From positions 18,414,001 to 18,478,000 of the forward strand of contig NW_024704746.1 in assembly GCF_018977255.1 (NCBI RefSeq): DNA of 64,000 bases, in the 5' to 3' direction. This document shows, piece by piece, positions 49,998 to 62,815 of the stretch. The position numbers and the translations under genes were made by a program. Each line of letters begins with the position of its first letter. Position 1 is the first letter of the stretch. The notes beneath the pieces are model-generated. The model saw nothing but the letters and a program-made list of their open reading frames with translations, did no database searches and was not told the DNA's origin. This DNA is from Callorhinchus milii (taxonomy: Eukaryota).

Positions 49998-50680
49998 TGA
50001 CCCACAGCCCCAGTACTGACCTCCCACCCCAACCCCAGCACTGACCCACAGCCCCAGCACTGACCCCCCCAACCCCAGCACTGACCCACAGCCCCAGCAC
50101 TGATCCCCCCAACCCCAGCACTGACCCACAGCCCCAGCACTGACCCCCCCCAACCCCAGCACTGACCCACAGCCCCAGTACTGACCCTCCCCCACCCCAG
50201 CACTGACCCCGCCCCACCAACCCCAGCACTGACCCCCCCCCAACCCCAGCACTGACCCTCCCCAACCCCAGCACTGACCCCCCCCACCCCAGCACTGACC
50301 CCCCCCAACCCCAGCACTGACCCCCCCCCAACCCCAGCACTGACCCCCCACCCCAGCACTGACCCCCCCAACCCCAGCACTGACCCCCCCCAACCCCAGC
50401 ACTGACCCCCCCCCCCAACCCCAGCACTGACCCCCCCCACCCCAGCACTGACCCCCCCCAACCCAGCACTGACCCCCCCAACCCCAGCACTGACCCCCCC
50501 CCAACCCCAGCACTGACCCCCCCAACCCCAGCACTGACCCCCCCAACCCTAGCACTGACCCACCCCCAACTCCAGCCCTGACCCCTAGCCCTGAACCCTC
50601 CCCCCCCGAACCCCAGCCCTGAACCCCCCCCCCCGAACCCCAGCACTGACCCCCCCAACCCCACCCACCCACCCACCCCA
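49998..50680. repeat. C-rich minisatellite, about 30 units of about 19-26 bp (AACCCCAGCACTGAC plus a variable C-run)
   Basis: Directly visible tandem array. Counted by eye. Confidence 0.97.
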
Positions 50681-50689
50681 TTGTCAGTG

Positions 50690-51125
50690 TCCCTGAGCTG
50701 CCTGGTTCTCCGTGTAGCCGATGGTGGTGTTTGCAGCCGCCATCGGGAGTTTTGGCTTTTAATACATATACACACACATACATATACATATATATATATC
50801 TCTAATCCTTTCCCCGGGAGCGTCGAATGCACCGGGTTTTCTGATGTTTTCTGATGGTCGTCGGGACCGGTTAAGTCGGGTCGAAACGGCGGTCAAACGC
50901 GGCCGCTTCGTGGCCCTGTTCCGAGAGCTTCACGGTTTGGCCCAACTCGCGGCGGCGGCGGCGGCGGTGGTGGTGGCGGTGTTGAGTGGATGTGACCGTA
51001 AGGCGTTCGTTCATCTGTGTGCAAAGAGGAGAACTTTACTGACATCTCAGTCACTTCTGCCGCAGGTACTGTGTGATCCGGGATGAGTTCTTGCTCTCCA
51101 GTCGCTGCCCTATTCACTTCGGATA
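50690..51125 (+). promoter_or_regulatory. BTBD8: Second CpG-rich block; probable BTBD8 non-coding exon, candidate donor CAG|gtactg at 51065
   Basis: CpG-rich with a (GCG)n(GTG)n run. The first coding exon starts with an acceptor 2 nt before the ATG, so an upstream exon is required. Confidence 0.55.
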
Positions 51126-51608
51126 TTTCCTGCTTTCAGTCTCTTTTTCCCCCCCCACACACTCCCCCTCTTATATAATGTTTGGTGTGCAGTGGCAGTG
51201 GAGATAACTGAGCAAATGGGTCACACACACACACACCAAAAAAAAAACAGCAGATTTATCGATCAGATGTTTTGCAAAGGGCGAGTTCACTGCGCTGAAC
51301 GTGCAGTTACATGTGTAGCTGCTGTCGGGATGGGTTCTCTGGGGTTAACTGGAATCAATGCAAAGCCTCACATTTAACAGCCACAACTTGCATCTTTAAC
51401 GTGAGCCTCAAACCTATAGAGTGAGGGAGACTGGGGCAGACCTGTTAGATTTAAAGATATTGATCAAATGCACAGCTGAAGAAATCAAAGGGGGTGGACA
51501 ATTGAAGGCTTTGGGTTTGTGTGACCGAGAGATAAGATAACAAGGCAACAATGTTGATTTTTTTTTGTTTACGTGGGCAATGCATCTAAAGGTTCACACA
51601 CAAATAAT

Positions 51609-51642
<34 letters not shown>

Positions 51643-52272
51643 ATGAATGAATGAAGGACCTGGAGAGTGAGCAATTAGACCAGAGCGATGGAGAGGGCAT
51701 GGGCTGGGCTGGGAAGGCTGGAGCAGAATAGTAAAGGGATTTGAAGTCCAAGACTTTGAACTTGAACCAATTTATAAAAAATATGAATGCAGAAAATGGG
51801 CTTAAAGTTAATTATGAGGCCTGTGCAGCACTTTATGTAAGAGAGAACAAGGGAGGCATTTGGCAAAAATCTATCCTCCAGGCAGTGAAGGCGTATGGAC
51901 CAGGGTTTCAGCAGTGGGGCTGTATTTCCTTTGGATCATCTATTATATCTTGGGGGATGTTGAGTGCTTTATCACAATGACTGCTTTTTGGTCTTCAAAC
52001 ATCAACTGAATTTCACCTACCCATTACTGATAAAGAATGACCTATATTGTATCTTAAATGCAGTCAACGTTGTGTTTTACAAGGCTTCTTGTTTTATTGT
52101 ACAAAGTGTAAATTTAAAATGCTTTTCAGTGCTCAGATGCAATCTTACACGAAGGGTGCTCTATAAATGCAGGTTGTTTTTGTTGTAATTTCAAAGTTGT
52201 CTTTGAGTTGAAATGTAAACAAGATAATAGAGATTCTTCAATACTCGGAGAAGCTACTGTACATCACAAAAT

Positions 52273-52730
52273 ACAACAACAACAAGATTCCATTTATAGA
52301 GCGCCTTTCACGTCGGGAGGACGTCCCAAAGCGCTGGACAGTTGGGTCAGGACCCGAGCAGGGGGGGAATGGTCAGGGTGAGGGGAGGGAAGGGAGGGAG
52401 CGAGGAAGGGGGAAATGGTCCGGGTGAGGGGAGGGAAGGGAGGGAGCGAGGAGGGGGGAAATGGTCTGGGTGAGGGGAGGGAAGGGAGGGAGCGAGGAGG
52501 GGGTAGAGAGTCGAGAGGGGAGCTGAAGGCACGGTCAAAGAGAAAGGTCTTGAGACCGGCCTTGAAGGAGGAAAGGGAGGAAGCGGTGAAGGCACTGGGG
52601 GATAGAGTTCCAGAGCCTCGGGGCTGAGAGGCTGAAGGCGCGGCCACCGATGGTAGGACGGTTGGGGCGGGGGATGTGGAGCAGACCGGAGCCAGAGGAA
52701 CGGAGGGTACAGGCAGGTAAGTAGGGGGAT
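52273..52730 (-). mobile_element. L2 LINE 3' end with an internal 3 x 46-bp tandem repeat
   Basis: (CAA)n tail and GGRAFSLSAPRLWNSIP in reverse translation. atggtc recurs at 52369, 52415 and 52461. Confidence 0.92.
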
Positions 52731-53439
52731 AGTAAAATGTGACTAGAATGGATACTGAATGTATTTAATGGCATGCTGACTATACATTTGTAGTATAAAT
52801 ATTTGTAATATAAACATTTGGCTTGTTACAAATGTATAAGATACAATTCTAAAGTATAACCAAATATTTAAGTATCTCCTATTCCTTTTTGTCTTATAGT
52901 TTTCAACTACATAAGAGAATTCTGTCCACAAAATAAATTTAATCACCGGCTTGAAGTTAGAAAATATGGATTGATAAATACCAAAATTGTTTGAATATTT
53001 TCAGTCAGTTAGTTTAACTTTATATTACCTGTACACCCTATTTTTGCTTTATTTCCTATTTTAAAGATGTTCATGATTGTAACATTTACTGTGCCAATAA
53101 TTTGCCAAACTAGAAATCTGAACCAGTCCTGTGCAAAATGAAATGTACTGTTTTGGGAGATTTTACTGAAGGCAAAATAACAAATGTGTGACCTCCTGCA
53201 AAACAAAATGCAAATTAAAGGCTTTTGGAATCTAATTTAGTTAGTAACTTAAACGCACATTTGTGGTTTAAAAATCTTATGATACAGGAACCTTTATGTG
53301 CCATACTTTTAAATAAAGATTTACTTGATTCATGTTATAGTCATGTATGACATTCTTTGTTGTCCTTTTTTAATAGGGCTTTTTGTGGCATGATTAAAAA
53401 GAAACAACAACAAGGCTAATCTAATCCATTTCTTTAGAA

Positions 53440-53576
53440 ATGGCAACGTGGAATGAAAAAGTTGTCAACCGAATACAAAATCTGGAAATGACCAAAGGTT
53501 TCCAAGAAAGAGTACGAAATGAAAGACAAATATTGAGGGAAACTCTAGCTTTGCAGCTAAATCAGGATCTTCTCAG
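53440..53576 (+). CDS. BTBD8: BTB domain-containing protein 8, first coding exon
   Basis: ctttag|aaATG MATWNEKVVNRIQNLEMTKGFQERVRNERQILRETLALQLNQDLL AG|gtacga. Matches the recalled human KGLQ...ERRRL...QLSQDLLR. Confidence 0.85.
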
Positions 53577-54619
53577 GTACGAAAAAATATCCCATTTTGC
53601 ACGTCCCAATTGATAATCACACTCAAATCCATATTTTCTTTTCTGTATTTGCAAATTGATATTCCATTATGTAGATGTTATGTCACGGTTATGTCAAGGT
53701 ACAAAACCTTATGTTTATCCGCATTACCTTTTCTCTGGCTTGGGCATCTTATCCAATAAGTAGATGAGCCATAAAATCATAACGGTCTTAGGGTTGAGTG
53801 TAGTTGATACTAGCTTAGTTGATCTCAGCCAGAGTGGCGGTAGAGGTGCTTTAATTGGCCTCAGCATCCTTGGGAAAAGGAAATCAGCCAAAGTTCCCAA
53901 ATTTAATCTCTTATCTGCTGCAAAACAGCATTTACGGGAACTTGAAGGCTTTTCACTTTTGATGGGCAAATTGAAAAGTGAGACAAATAACTTTGGATGT
54001 TTCCTTTCCACTCTAACCTGAATATGCTGTTTTGTGTTTTCACCAGGCGAGAATAAAGCATTAGCTTTTAGTTAGCATCCAGGATGGTGTAAAAATAGAC
54101 ATGCAGTAAAGTGTCTCTAGGCATGGTTACAAAAATTAAAGTGCTAAATGGGAATTGGAGCAGCTTATCATTTATACATACAGGATGTTCATTAGGCTTC
54201 TGCTGAGGGTGATTTGACATTGTCTTTGGTGTATTTTTTTTCCAGTATTATTCAAGAACACATTGTTTCCATAACTCGCCAGGATACAAATATTGATAAA
54301 CATGATTTAGATTGAAAGAAATTATTTAACAATGTACACTTGCTAACCAGATGTTTATCATTCTCACATCTTTAAAAGCTGTCATTAATTTTGTAATAGT
54401 AGGTTGAAAATTGCAGACAATGGATGAATTGAATCAAACCAATTTAATTTAATAAAACAATACATTTTCCAAATTACAGAATTTAACACTTATTTTTGAT
54501 TCCAGAAAGAATGTAATTGCCCCTCAATTAAACTAAGTAATGATTGAATTTTCATACGTGAGGAAGTATATTCTCTCACATTTGAGTTACTCTTGGCGGA
54601 TTCCAAACCCACCATCTTG

Positions 54620-54950
54620 CGTATGATTTTTCAGATGCTCAATTTGAAATAGATTGTTAAAGTTCAACCAGTCAAGGGTGATGAAAAGGATCAGGAATAG
54701 AAACAGTCAGGAACAAGTTTATAAAGTGTAGTTTAAGAAAATGGAGATTTCAGACAGTTCTATAGGTATGTGGAGCAAATTGCCAATGAAGGCCATAGGA
54801 GCATATAGTACAAATGGGTTTTCAAGAGACTAGATTATGGTTCAGAACTCGAAAGAGCCTTTAGTGATAGGTGAGACGTCAGGAAGATGCTGTACAATTA
54901 AACTGAAAGTATTTGGGTTTAAATGGCATGGCTCTAAATTATCTTGTGTC
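54620..54950 (+). mobile_element. Degenerate CR1 3' fragment
   Basis: atagattgttaaagttcaacc...ggaacaagtttataaag...ggtatgtggagcaaattgccaatgaaggccatagg. Confidence 0.55.
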
Positions 54951-56117
54951 TCTCTATGTCAATTCCAATTTGAATTCTGGCATAATAAATGCATCCAATA
55001 TGACACATTACTTTCCAGTGTGCTTGAAACATTTGTTTATTGTTATATTTTACCAAATTTAATTTCTAACAATTTGAACTTGATATCCAAGAAGGAAAAT
55101 GATCGGGTGAAACCAATTTGGGGCAATTGTTTGTTCACGTTAATGTGTTAATAAGTGTGTACATAACATTTGAAAAGTAAAGGAGATGGGATGAAAAATG
55201 TTGGGGGGAAAAGGAAATCAATCCCACAAACTGAAAGTGGCAATTATTTGGAGCAAATGCATTTGCAACTGATATAAGGTAGTCATATTACAGGAAAGCG
55301 TGATTTTAAAATTAATGTAATGGTCAAATGGTGTGTGCCAACTCCAAAAGTAATTTCCTTCACTTTGTGGTTTATTTAGATAAATGTTTTCCCATGTAAT
55401 GAATTAAATATAACTCATAAATTCTTCACTGACACTCATCGAGTGGCTGTGAACTTCTTGTTAACGTTTATTGGAAAATTGGAGAAACCTTTTAGGTTGA
55501 CTTGAGTCAAGTACAGAAACACTCCTGTAGACTAGTGAAATATCTGATGTCACAGATGTTCTCTTCAGGGGTATCTTGAAAAGTCAGACTTTTATTGAAG
55601 AGGTGATTAAAGGGGATTTTGGGTGAGAAATACCACAAATCTTAGACTGCTTCATTTTAGTACTTCAAGCAGGCCAAAGTTTTGCAATACAAGAGATCTA
55701 GAAATGTGTAAATGTAAAAAAAGAAAAACCTGGTACCATAACCTACTGTATTATAGTCTTATTCTCTGAGCCATTCAGTAGTTCGATATGTACTTTTATG
55801 TTCCACTATTTTCATACACCATGTGCGAGGGTTCCTCCCACCCTTTCCCTCACTCCCCTAACCGTCTTGTGATGAGTTCTGAATCCACATTGCTGTCCAG
55901 CACATGATTCAATAGTTTGTTTCTTGTAGACAAAATTACCAATGCTAATGATGCAAGACCTTAAAATGTTGGCTCTTCTACTAATATTCCTAATGTTCAT
56001 CGCTAAAATGTTTCTTAATACACCACTGAACAAAATATAGCCTTCGATGGAGGAAATTCAGTGTAAGACTGTCATAGAATACTAAACTACTGATCTGTTC
56101 CACCTTGTGTTTTAAAG

Positions 56118-56312
56118 GCTTCTAACGGAAGGAATGCAAACAGATGTCACTTTCCATGTAGGATCAACTGTGTTCAAGGCTCACAAAGCAGTGCTGCTCG
56201 CCAGGGTCCCAGAGTTTTTCATGAGAATTTCTGAGAAACAGACTTCTAAGAACCAACCAGATATCATTAACATAGAGAATTTCAAACCTTCAGAGTTTCA
56301 AGAATTTCTGCA
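56118..56312 (+). CDS. BTBD8: BTBD8 coding exon 2 (first BTB domain)
   Basis: LLTEGMQTDVTFHVGSTVFKAHKAVLLARVPEF...EFQEFL CA|gtaagt. FKAHKAVLLARVP matches BTBD8. Confidence 0.95.
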
Positions 56313-58599
56313 GTAAGTACTGTACATATTATTATGTACATGTTTGTAACAAAGAGAAGTCGCTGGGAATACTCACCTGCTGAGTGGTCTCAGCGACTTC
56401 TGTTTTTTTTCAGATTTCCAGCATCTGCAGTGTTTTGCGTTTTACTGAACATGTTTGTACTTGATGCCAAATTTAATCTTGATGTACAAACATATCAGTT
56501 TGAGAAATGGGAAAAGGTGTCAAATTACAAAACTGAAAATAATTAACAGATATGGTGAATCTGAATGGCTTCTCTATCATTGGGTTGGAAAGGTTTATTT
56601 CTCTTGGATTTGAGATGTATTCTAAGTAGTCAGACAGATAAGGCGACATAGTAATTGAAATGGTTTGTAGCGCTCTTGGTAATCTTATTATTTTTAATCC
56701 CAATTTAATTGATCGACCCAAATAGGTCTCCTTCAAAATGTTTGTTTTGTGGTCGTCTGTTGGCTGTAGGAAAACCTACTTTAACAGATTATATAACCAA
56801 TGTCACTTGAGATTAGCTATAGTAAAATCAATTCCTCTTTGTGATCAATTCTTCTGTGATCCTCTGTACTCTGTTAACAGAATGTACTGTAGCTCTGTGT
56901 AAGCAACTGGCAGAATGGGTTGCTGACGGGCTATTGTAATTGAAATCATGATACACAAACGTAAACTGTTTAGTGCAAAATAGGAAGTGTTTCTATACAA
57001 AGCCAATGACATTCAACATAGATCTGAGTGCTTGAACATAAAATATATGAATAAGTAAATGTTAGAAGGAATTCAGAAAGTGCATTGCACTTGGGTCTGT
57101 TGCATTAGAGTATCTAGGGGATAAAGAGACTTGGTTATCTCACAACAGGAGACTTTGTGTCTCACCATTATCTGTGTTGGTATCCAGGGATCTCTGAGCT
57201 GTGTTTTCAAAGGTCTTCAAAGCGACAGAAGAAAAAAAAAGCCTCAGATTTTCCTTTGCAAATGGGAAGTGGCTTCACTGCAATGAAGGTTTTCTTGCAA
57301 ATTGAGAGACCTGAACCTTTTGATTGTTTCACTGCAAAAATGCTCCTCTTTTGTATTCACTGAGTGCATTCAGCAATAGTTTTATTTTTAACTACACAAT
57401 TGGGTCTATTCTGATTTTAATTGAAGTGAAATTGGCACGAATTTTGTACTTCCTCAATCAGACTAGTGTTGTTAGCTGGCGAAACCCTCGGTTGGAGGTG
57501 TATTTAAGGCTATTTGTTTAAGGGTTGACATGGCTTTCAGGTTTCTGATTTAATGTGGCACGTTTATTGCTGTATTTTATTCCTTTATTTAAAGCCAATT
57601 ACTTACATAATGTGTAACAGCAATAAAATGGTGCAAAGGCAGTGTACAGTATATACTCCACCCTCCTAACCCTCTCTCTCATAGCTCACTGTTCCATTCT
57701 CCCTCATGTATGATTCAAATTTCCTTTTGAACGGGTTAATATTTTCTGCCTCCAACACAGCTATTATCTCACAAAGAGATGGTGTTGAATGTTATGTAAA
57801 ATCTCTATTTATGTAGGAATCCTGTGTCAGTCCTTAAAGAATTAAACACAGAACTGAAAGATTCTGGTACATTTGCACACAGTTGGCTGTTGTAAATGAC
57901 TATGAAAGTCAGTTGTAAATATCCGAATGATGCAGTGGTAAAATGCTTAAGGGGATTTGTGCTATTTTTAAATGGCCTGTATGTCAAGAATCATTCAGCT
58001 CCTTAATGGCATCTATTCAGACAATGGAGGACATGAATTCAGTGACCCTTGTAAAGGAATAATGCTCAAATTGTGGTCTAAATGTGCAGAACAAAACCGC
58101 TTTTTAAAGTAAATGCCGCATTTGAATGACTAAAGCGTCACATTGTGAAACTCAATTGCTTTTGAGCAAATTATTTTGTCAAAATGAAACTGGGTGGGGG
58201 AGAGGAAGGTTAACATATAAGTGTTTGATTAGGTGTATGATTTATTTTGTTTTTAAAAATCCTACTGTACACTCGAAATGGAAGCATCCAAATGCTCTCA
58301 TGCAAAAAAANGTATAAGTGCTCAAGGTTCTTAAATGCTTTTGCCACCTGTTCTTTACTGATCTCGTGCTTTCACTCTCTTCGGACAGACAAAAAAGCAA
58401 AGAAGCTTCTTGCTCCCAGGCTTCTGCCAATGCTAGGAGGTGACTAAATACAGCCTAGAGATGATGAGACTTCTCTACTGGCTTTCCATTTGCTGTGGTT
58501 AAAGCACTTGGATTCTCAAGCATCTGTGTTGTCACTCCGTGGTGCCCAGCTCCACTTGTGGGAGATTGCATGCACAGTTCAGTTGCATTATGTTGATTT

Positions 58600-58844
58600 A
58601 GCAGTAACTAGGAACCTGGTTGTTAGTCGATTGATGGATTGTTTTTCTGGTGGTAATAATCCCTTAAAAAAAATAATAATTTGGTCACTGAATCCATGAC
58701 TGCTTGTTGGATGCTGCTGTGTGCAATTGGCTGCACCATTTCACCCACAAATAAACAGCCAATTCACTTTACAGTCTATTCTGTGAAGCGCTTTGAGACG
58801 CCTAGAAGGCGTGAAAACGCTATATCAAATGAAAGGATTATTAT
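58600..58844 (+). mobile_element. 5'-truncated SINE, long variant
   Basis: The body and tail (gtgaagcgctttgagacg...aaatgaaaggattatt) match the other copies of this family. Confidence 0.85.
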
Positions 58845-59154
58845 ATCAAATGTAAAAATGCAAGGTTTTTTTGGTGTTTGTTTTTTTAAAAAACAATCAA
58901 TGGTACGAAAGCATAGAATGTGACAAGCCATTTAGATCCCATATAGGGCACGTTTATCAAATGAACCGTATACAAATTTTGATTTTCTGTGAGATAAGAA
59001 AGGACGATTCCAAGGAACCTTCTTAATTTGAAGTCTGCAACATATTTTGTTTGCTTGGTTTCGGTAACATAAGACTTGATTCGATGTATAACCCCTATGG
59101 AAAGCAAAAACAAAACAAAAAAATTTCAGAAATGGAGTGGATGATTCTTTTTTC

Positions 59155-59340
59155 TTGCCTTTGACTCCTCAAACCTGGATTCAAAACCAGCTATACTGAT
59201 GGGTTGAAATGTTGGGCACTTTGCCAGCTAAATTACAGTTGGCCAAAGTCTGCTCAGTTTCTCATTGGCATAGCCCATTGCACATGATGGTTCACAATAT
59301 GGCACTAAACTGTCAAGGTCACTCAGAGAGGACAGGAAAG
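59155..59340 (+). mobile_element. Degenerate LF-SINE-like relic
   Basis: gcctttgactcctcaaacctggattcaaaaccagc...atggcactaaactg...cagagagg resembles the recalled LF-SINE head and body. Confidence 0.4.
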
Positions 59341-60779
59341 TGGAACTAGCCAAAAGGTAATTAATGCTAACTATTATTTTACATTTATAACACCTTTCAC
59401 ATCTGGAGGGTTTCTTAAAATGCTTCATGCAGGTGTGTAGACAACCAAGCCAACAGGAGAGGAGCTGAAGGGGTGGAAAAGATGATCAAAAGCGCAGTTT
59501 GAGGCAAGTCTTAAAATGGACTTTAAAAGTGGGCTGGTAAGAGATGAGACAGAGGGACCATGGATGGTGGGGCTAATCAGGGCAAGGAACATGAAGCAGG
59601 CCAGTGTTTCAGATCTTTAATGCATGCAATACATTGGAAAACCGGAAACATTCAGTTGCCTTGTTTAAAGTCAACTACTTATAAATTAAATTACTGTTCA
59701 GGGTTTTGTGGTGTGGGAAGAATCGTCAGAATATCTTCCTTTATTGTAGGAAGATATTTTCAATGGTTTTTCCTACATGATATATTGAATTGCACCTATG
59801 ACACACAAGAACAGATTCCTCCGCTTTGATTGAACTACAGCCCTTCACATGTACTGTGAAGACAGCTGGCTTTCTAGGAGTCAGGCGTGGATTTATCACA
59901 TTGCCAGTGAAAAGAATTATATTGCTGAACAAACCGGAAATGATGCACCCTGAAGCTGAAGGCTGGCTTTTGACTTTCAGCAGGTTTACAATTCATTAGG
60001 GAATTTGATGAGAGAACACAAGGTATAGGTTAGCTGACAAGGCAACCACTCTGTATGCTGGAACATCTAAAAATGCGTGTGAATAAAAGTATTCAAAATA
60101 AAGATTTATATATTGTTGATGGGAGTGGGGGAAAGATTTTACAGGTCGGAAGGGGAAATTTGGAAATATAAATCACTACAGAAACATTTTCCCGTGTTTC
60201 ACTAAAAATCTTTGCAGGAAATGTTTTTGGGCTTAAAATAGAAATATGAGAGTGTTAGTTGCAGGAGAGAAAGGGGTTCTATTTCAAGACTGTTGCTGTT
60301 TTAGAACTGTTAACACGGCTTCTCTCTGTCAAATTAGTGCAAGCTTTTCGGATTAATTTCCTTTATTCCCACACACTGCTGATCTTTCATTTTGGAGTAT
60401 TTTGATCTAACTGTGAGTGCTGATGACCTAACTAGTAAATTGGACAACCCAATAAATCTGACTATTTTTGAGTTGAATTAACAATCACAGTTCAATGACT
60501 TATCTTAAAGGACAGCAAATAAAATAATTTAATGTACTACATTTAAAAAATGCAGGCAATCTGATTCTATTTAAAAAAATCAATGCATAATTTTAATATA
60601 AAGTAGGGTCTTCGTAGTCGTTGGAGAGTGACTATCAAGAGGAAATGTTAATGGATTGACAGGGCTTAAAGGCAAATAGTGCAATCTAATGTAGGTGCTT
60701 TTCCCAACCCTTTAGCCGTGTGGAGTTTGCAGTTACTTGTAATCCTGTAATCCTTTACTTGCAATTGGTTCCCTATATT

Positions 60780-60975
60780 CAGCTTGGTAGCTCTGCTGCT
60801 TCAGAGTTAGAAGGTTGTACGTTCAAGATCAATGTCAGGTTTTGAGCTTGTAACCTAGGATTGTGCTGAAGGGAAATGCTGCATTGTTAAGCAGGGGTAT
60901 CCTTCAGGGATGGGATATTAAACCAAGGTCCTGCCTTGATGCTGTTCTGGTGATTTAGGTGGATGTTAAGAGATC
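60780..60975 (+). mobile_element. Deu-domain SINE relic
   Basis: gtgctgaagggaaatgctgcattgt...gggatgggatattaaaccaaggtcc...aggtggatgttaagagatc, homologous to the reverse complement of 2280-2480. Confidence 0.65.
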
Positions 60976-61248
60976 TTGTTAATCAGCTAATCTGAAATGG
61001 CATAAATGTGCAACACTCAAATTGCATTATTAATTGTAGTTCATTTTCACTCATTTTATAAATTTAAATATATTCTGAAAAACTGGGATATGGTTTAAAT
61101 CCTGTTATGAATACAGACTGTGTTGTACACACAAAGACAGTGATGAATCTTTGTATTTCATTCCCTGTATTCACAGGAGGTTTTGAGTGCTGAGATGCTA
61201 GTAGATGAGGTCTACGTGTTATAATGTTTCTTTTTAATTCTGTATTAG

Positions 61249-61568
61249 ATGGGTGTATACGGCAGGCAGAAAAGTGAACCATCTGGAAGAAGAAATGCTT
61301 GCTGCTCAAAGCCTTGATGGAACCAAAGATTTGCCAAAAGACCCCAATTTCCCATTACACAGCTCTATTGAGATGAGTGGTGATGAAGTCAATGATACAA
61401 GAATTCTATCTGGTCGGCATTCTTCTGGTAAAGAGACTTCAGAGCTGAATGAGATGTTGACCTCGAGCTTGTTGGAAGATGACATGCCTGAGGGAATGTT
61501 TGATTTGCCTGAGGGAATGTTTGATATGTTTGAGGAAACTGAGGAAAAGTATGAAACAGTAACGGAAG
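61249..61568 (+). CDS. BTBD8: BTBD8 coding exon 3
   Basis: attag|QWVYTAGRKVNHLEEEML...ETVTE G|gtagga. The phases fit both neighbouring exons. Confidence 0.85.
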
Positions 61569-62370
61569 GTAGGACGAAAATTGCAGAGATCATTTTATTC
61601 CTGTCTTCCTTTATTTTTCTTCATTTCTCTCTCTTCCTCAACCATCACATTAGCTCGCTAACATTTAACAGATTTACCTTTTTATCAGAAACAAAATATT
61701 GTATGAATTTCTAATTAATTTTGTGCGTAAAAAAAAAAATGTTATTTGTTATTTTTTATTTACGCAATCAGCAGTAGTAGGCAAATGCTAAATCGGCAGC
61801 TACCTCTATTACACACTAAAACATTAGGATATATTTTTCTTGTACAAGCTGCATTCCTGTCATTTAAATGCCTGGAATTTATTTGCTTAAATGTTAAATA
61901 ATGTGAACACCATTAATGGCTTCTGTTATGTTTACAAGTGCTAGGATAAAAAAATTGCCAAATTAATATCAAGAACTGACTTGAATTGTATTACAGCTTT
62001 ATTAATATAATAACACAATGAATAATCCAAACAGTAAACCTGGTCCACCTAGCCGACCCATCCAACTTGCCTAAAGAATCCTTCAGCACATCTGTCTCAT
62101 TTCCCAATAACTCTGAACTTATCTTGGTTCTCTTCTGAAACCCTTTATACAGTAGTTCTCTGTTCCTCCATCTATGCCGGCAGTTTTTTCCACTTGTCTA
62201 CTGGCCTTTCACAGTTAAAATTTATATCTCAATCTTCCATTTTTATTCCAAATTGTCTCTAACTTTGAAGTTATCGTCTCTTGTTCTATAAAACTGAATA
62301 AATCCCATTTCCTTCCTTTCGGTGTAACATTTGGAGATCCAGGTACATTTGCATCTTGTGTCTTGAACAG

Positions 62371-62488
62371 ATTCCCCTACACCAGACCCAGCATCCGTGT
62401 TGGGCGCAGATCTGTTGTCTCTGTACAAGGAAGGATGTTGCTCTGACATAACTCTTTATGCTGAGAACAAAGGTTTTCAAGCACACAG
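62371..62488 (+). CDS. BTBD8: BTBD8 coding exon 4 (start of second BTB domain)
   Basis: acag|DSPTPDPASVLGADLLSLYKEGCCSDITLYAENKGFQAH AG|gtaaag. Confidence 0.93.
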
Positions 62489-62614
62489 GTAAAGTGCGAT
62501 CTCGGGATTTTTTTTCACGAGAAGGAATAACATTTACTAAAGAGCCAACTGAACCAATTTAGAAAGTTTGTTTATGTACCTGTCTTATTTTATTGATATG
62601 ACTAGAAGTAGTCA

Positions 62615-62815
62615 GACTTTCTGCCCCACATTCTGGAGCTCCATCCCGGAGTCCCTCCGACTCACTCCCTCTCTCACCTCATTCAAAGTCTGTCTTGAGA
62701 CCTACCTTTTTGACTGTGGTTTTCATCATTTCTCCCCCCACCCACACACACCCCCGCCCCACCCAGTTCAAGTGCGTATTCAGTACTGTTAAGCACTTTG
62801 CGATGTCGTCAAAGT
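62615..62815 (+). mobile_element. Degenerate L2 3' fragment
   Basis: Translates as PTFWSSIPESLRLTPSLTSFKVCLETYLFD. Confidence 0.75.

Noticed and set aside
49998-50680. CRISPR-like repeat array
   Set aside because: There are no unique spacers or cas genes, and the context is a vertebrate genome.
49951-50832. Long Gly-rich minus-strand ORFs (293, 265 and 157 aa)
   Set aside because: They are translations of the minisatellite. All three frames are open, and variable C-runs shift the frame between units.
58240-58450. Short ORFs spanning the single N at 58311
   Set aside because: Intronic, with no recognisable domain. The N is an ambiguity next to a homopolymer.
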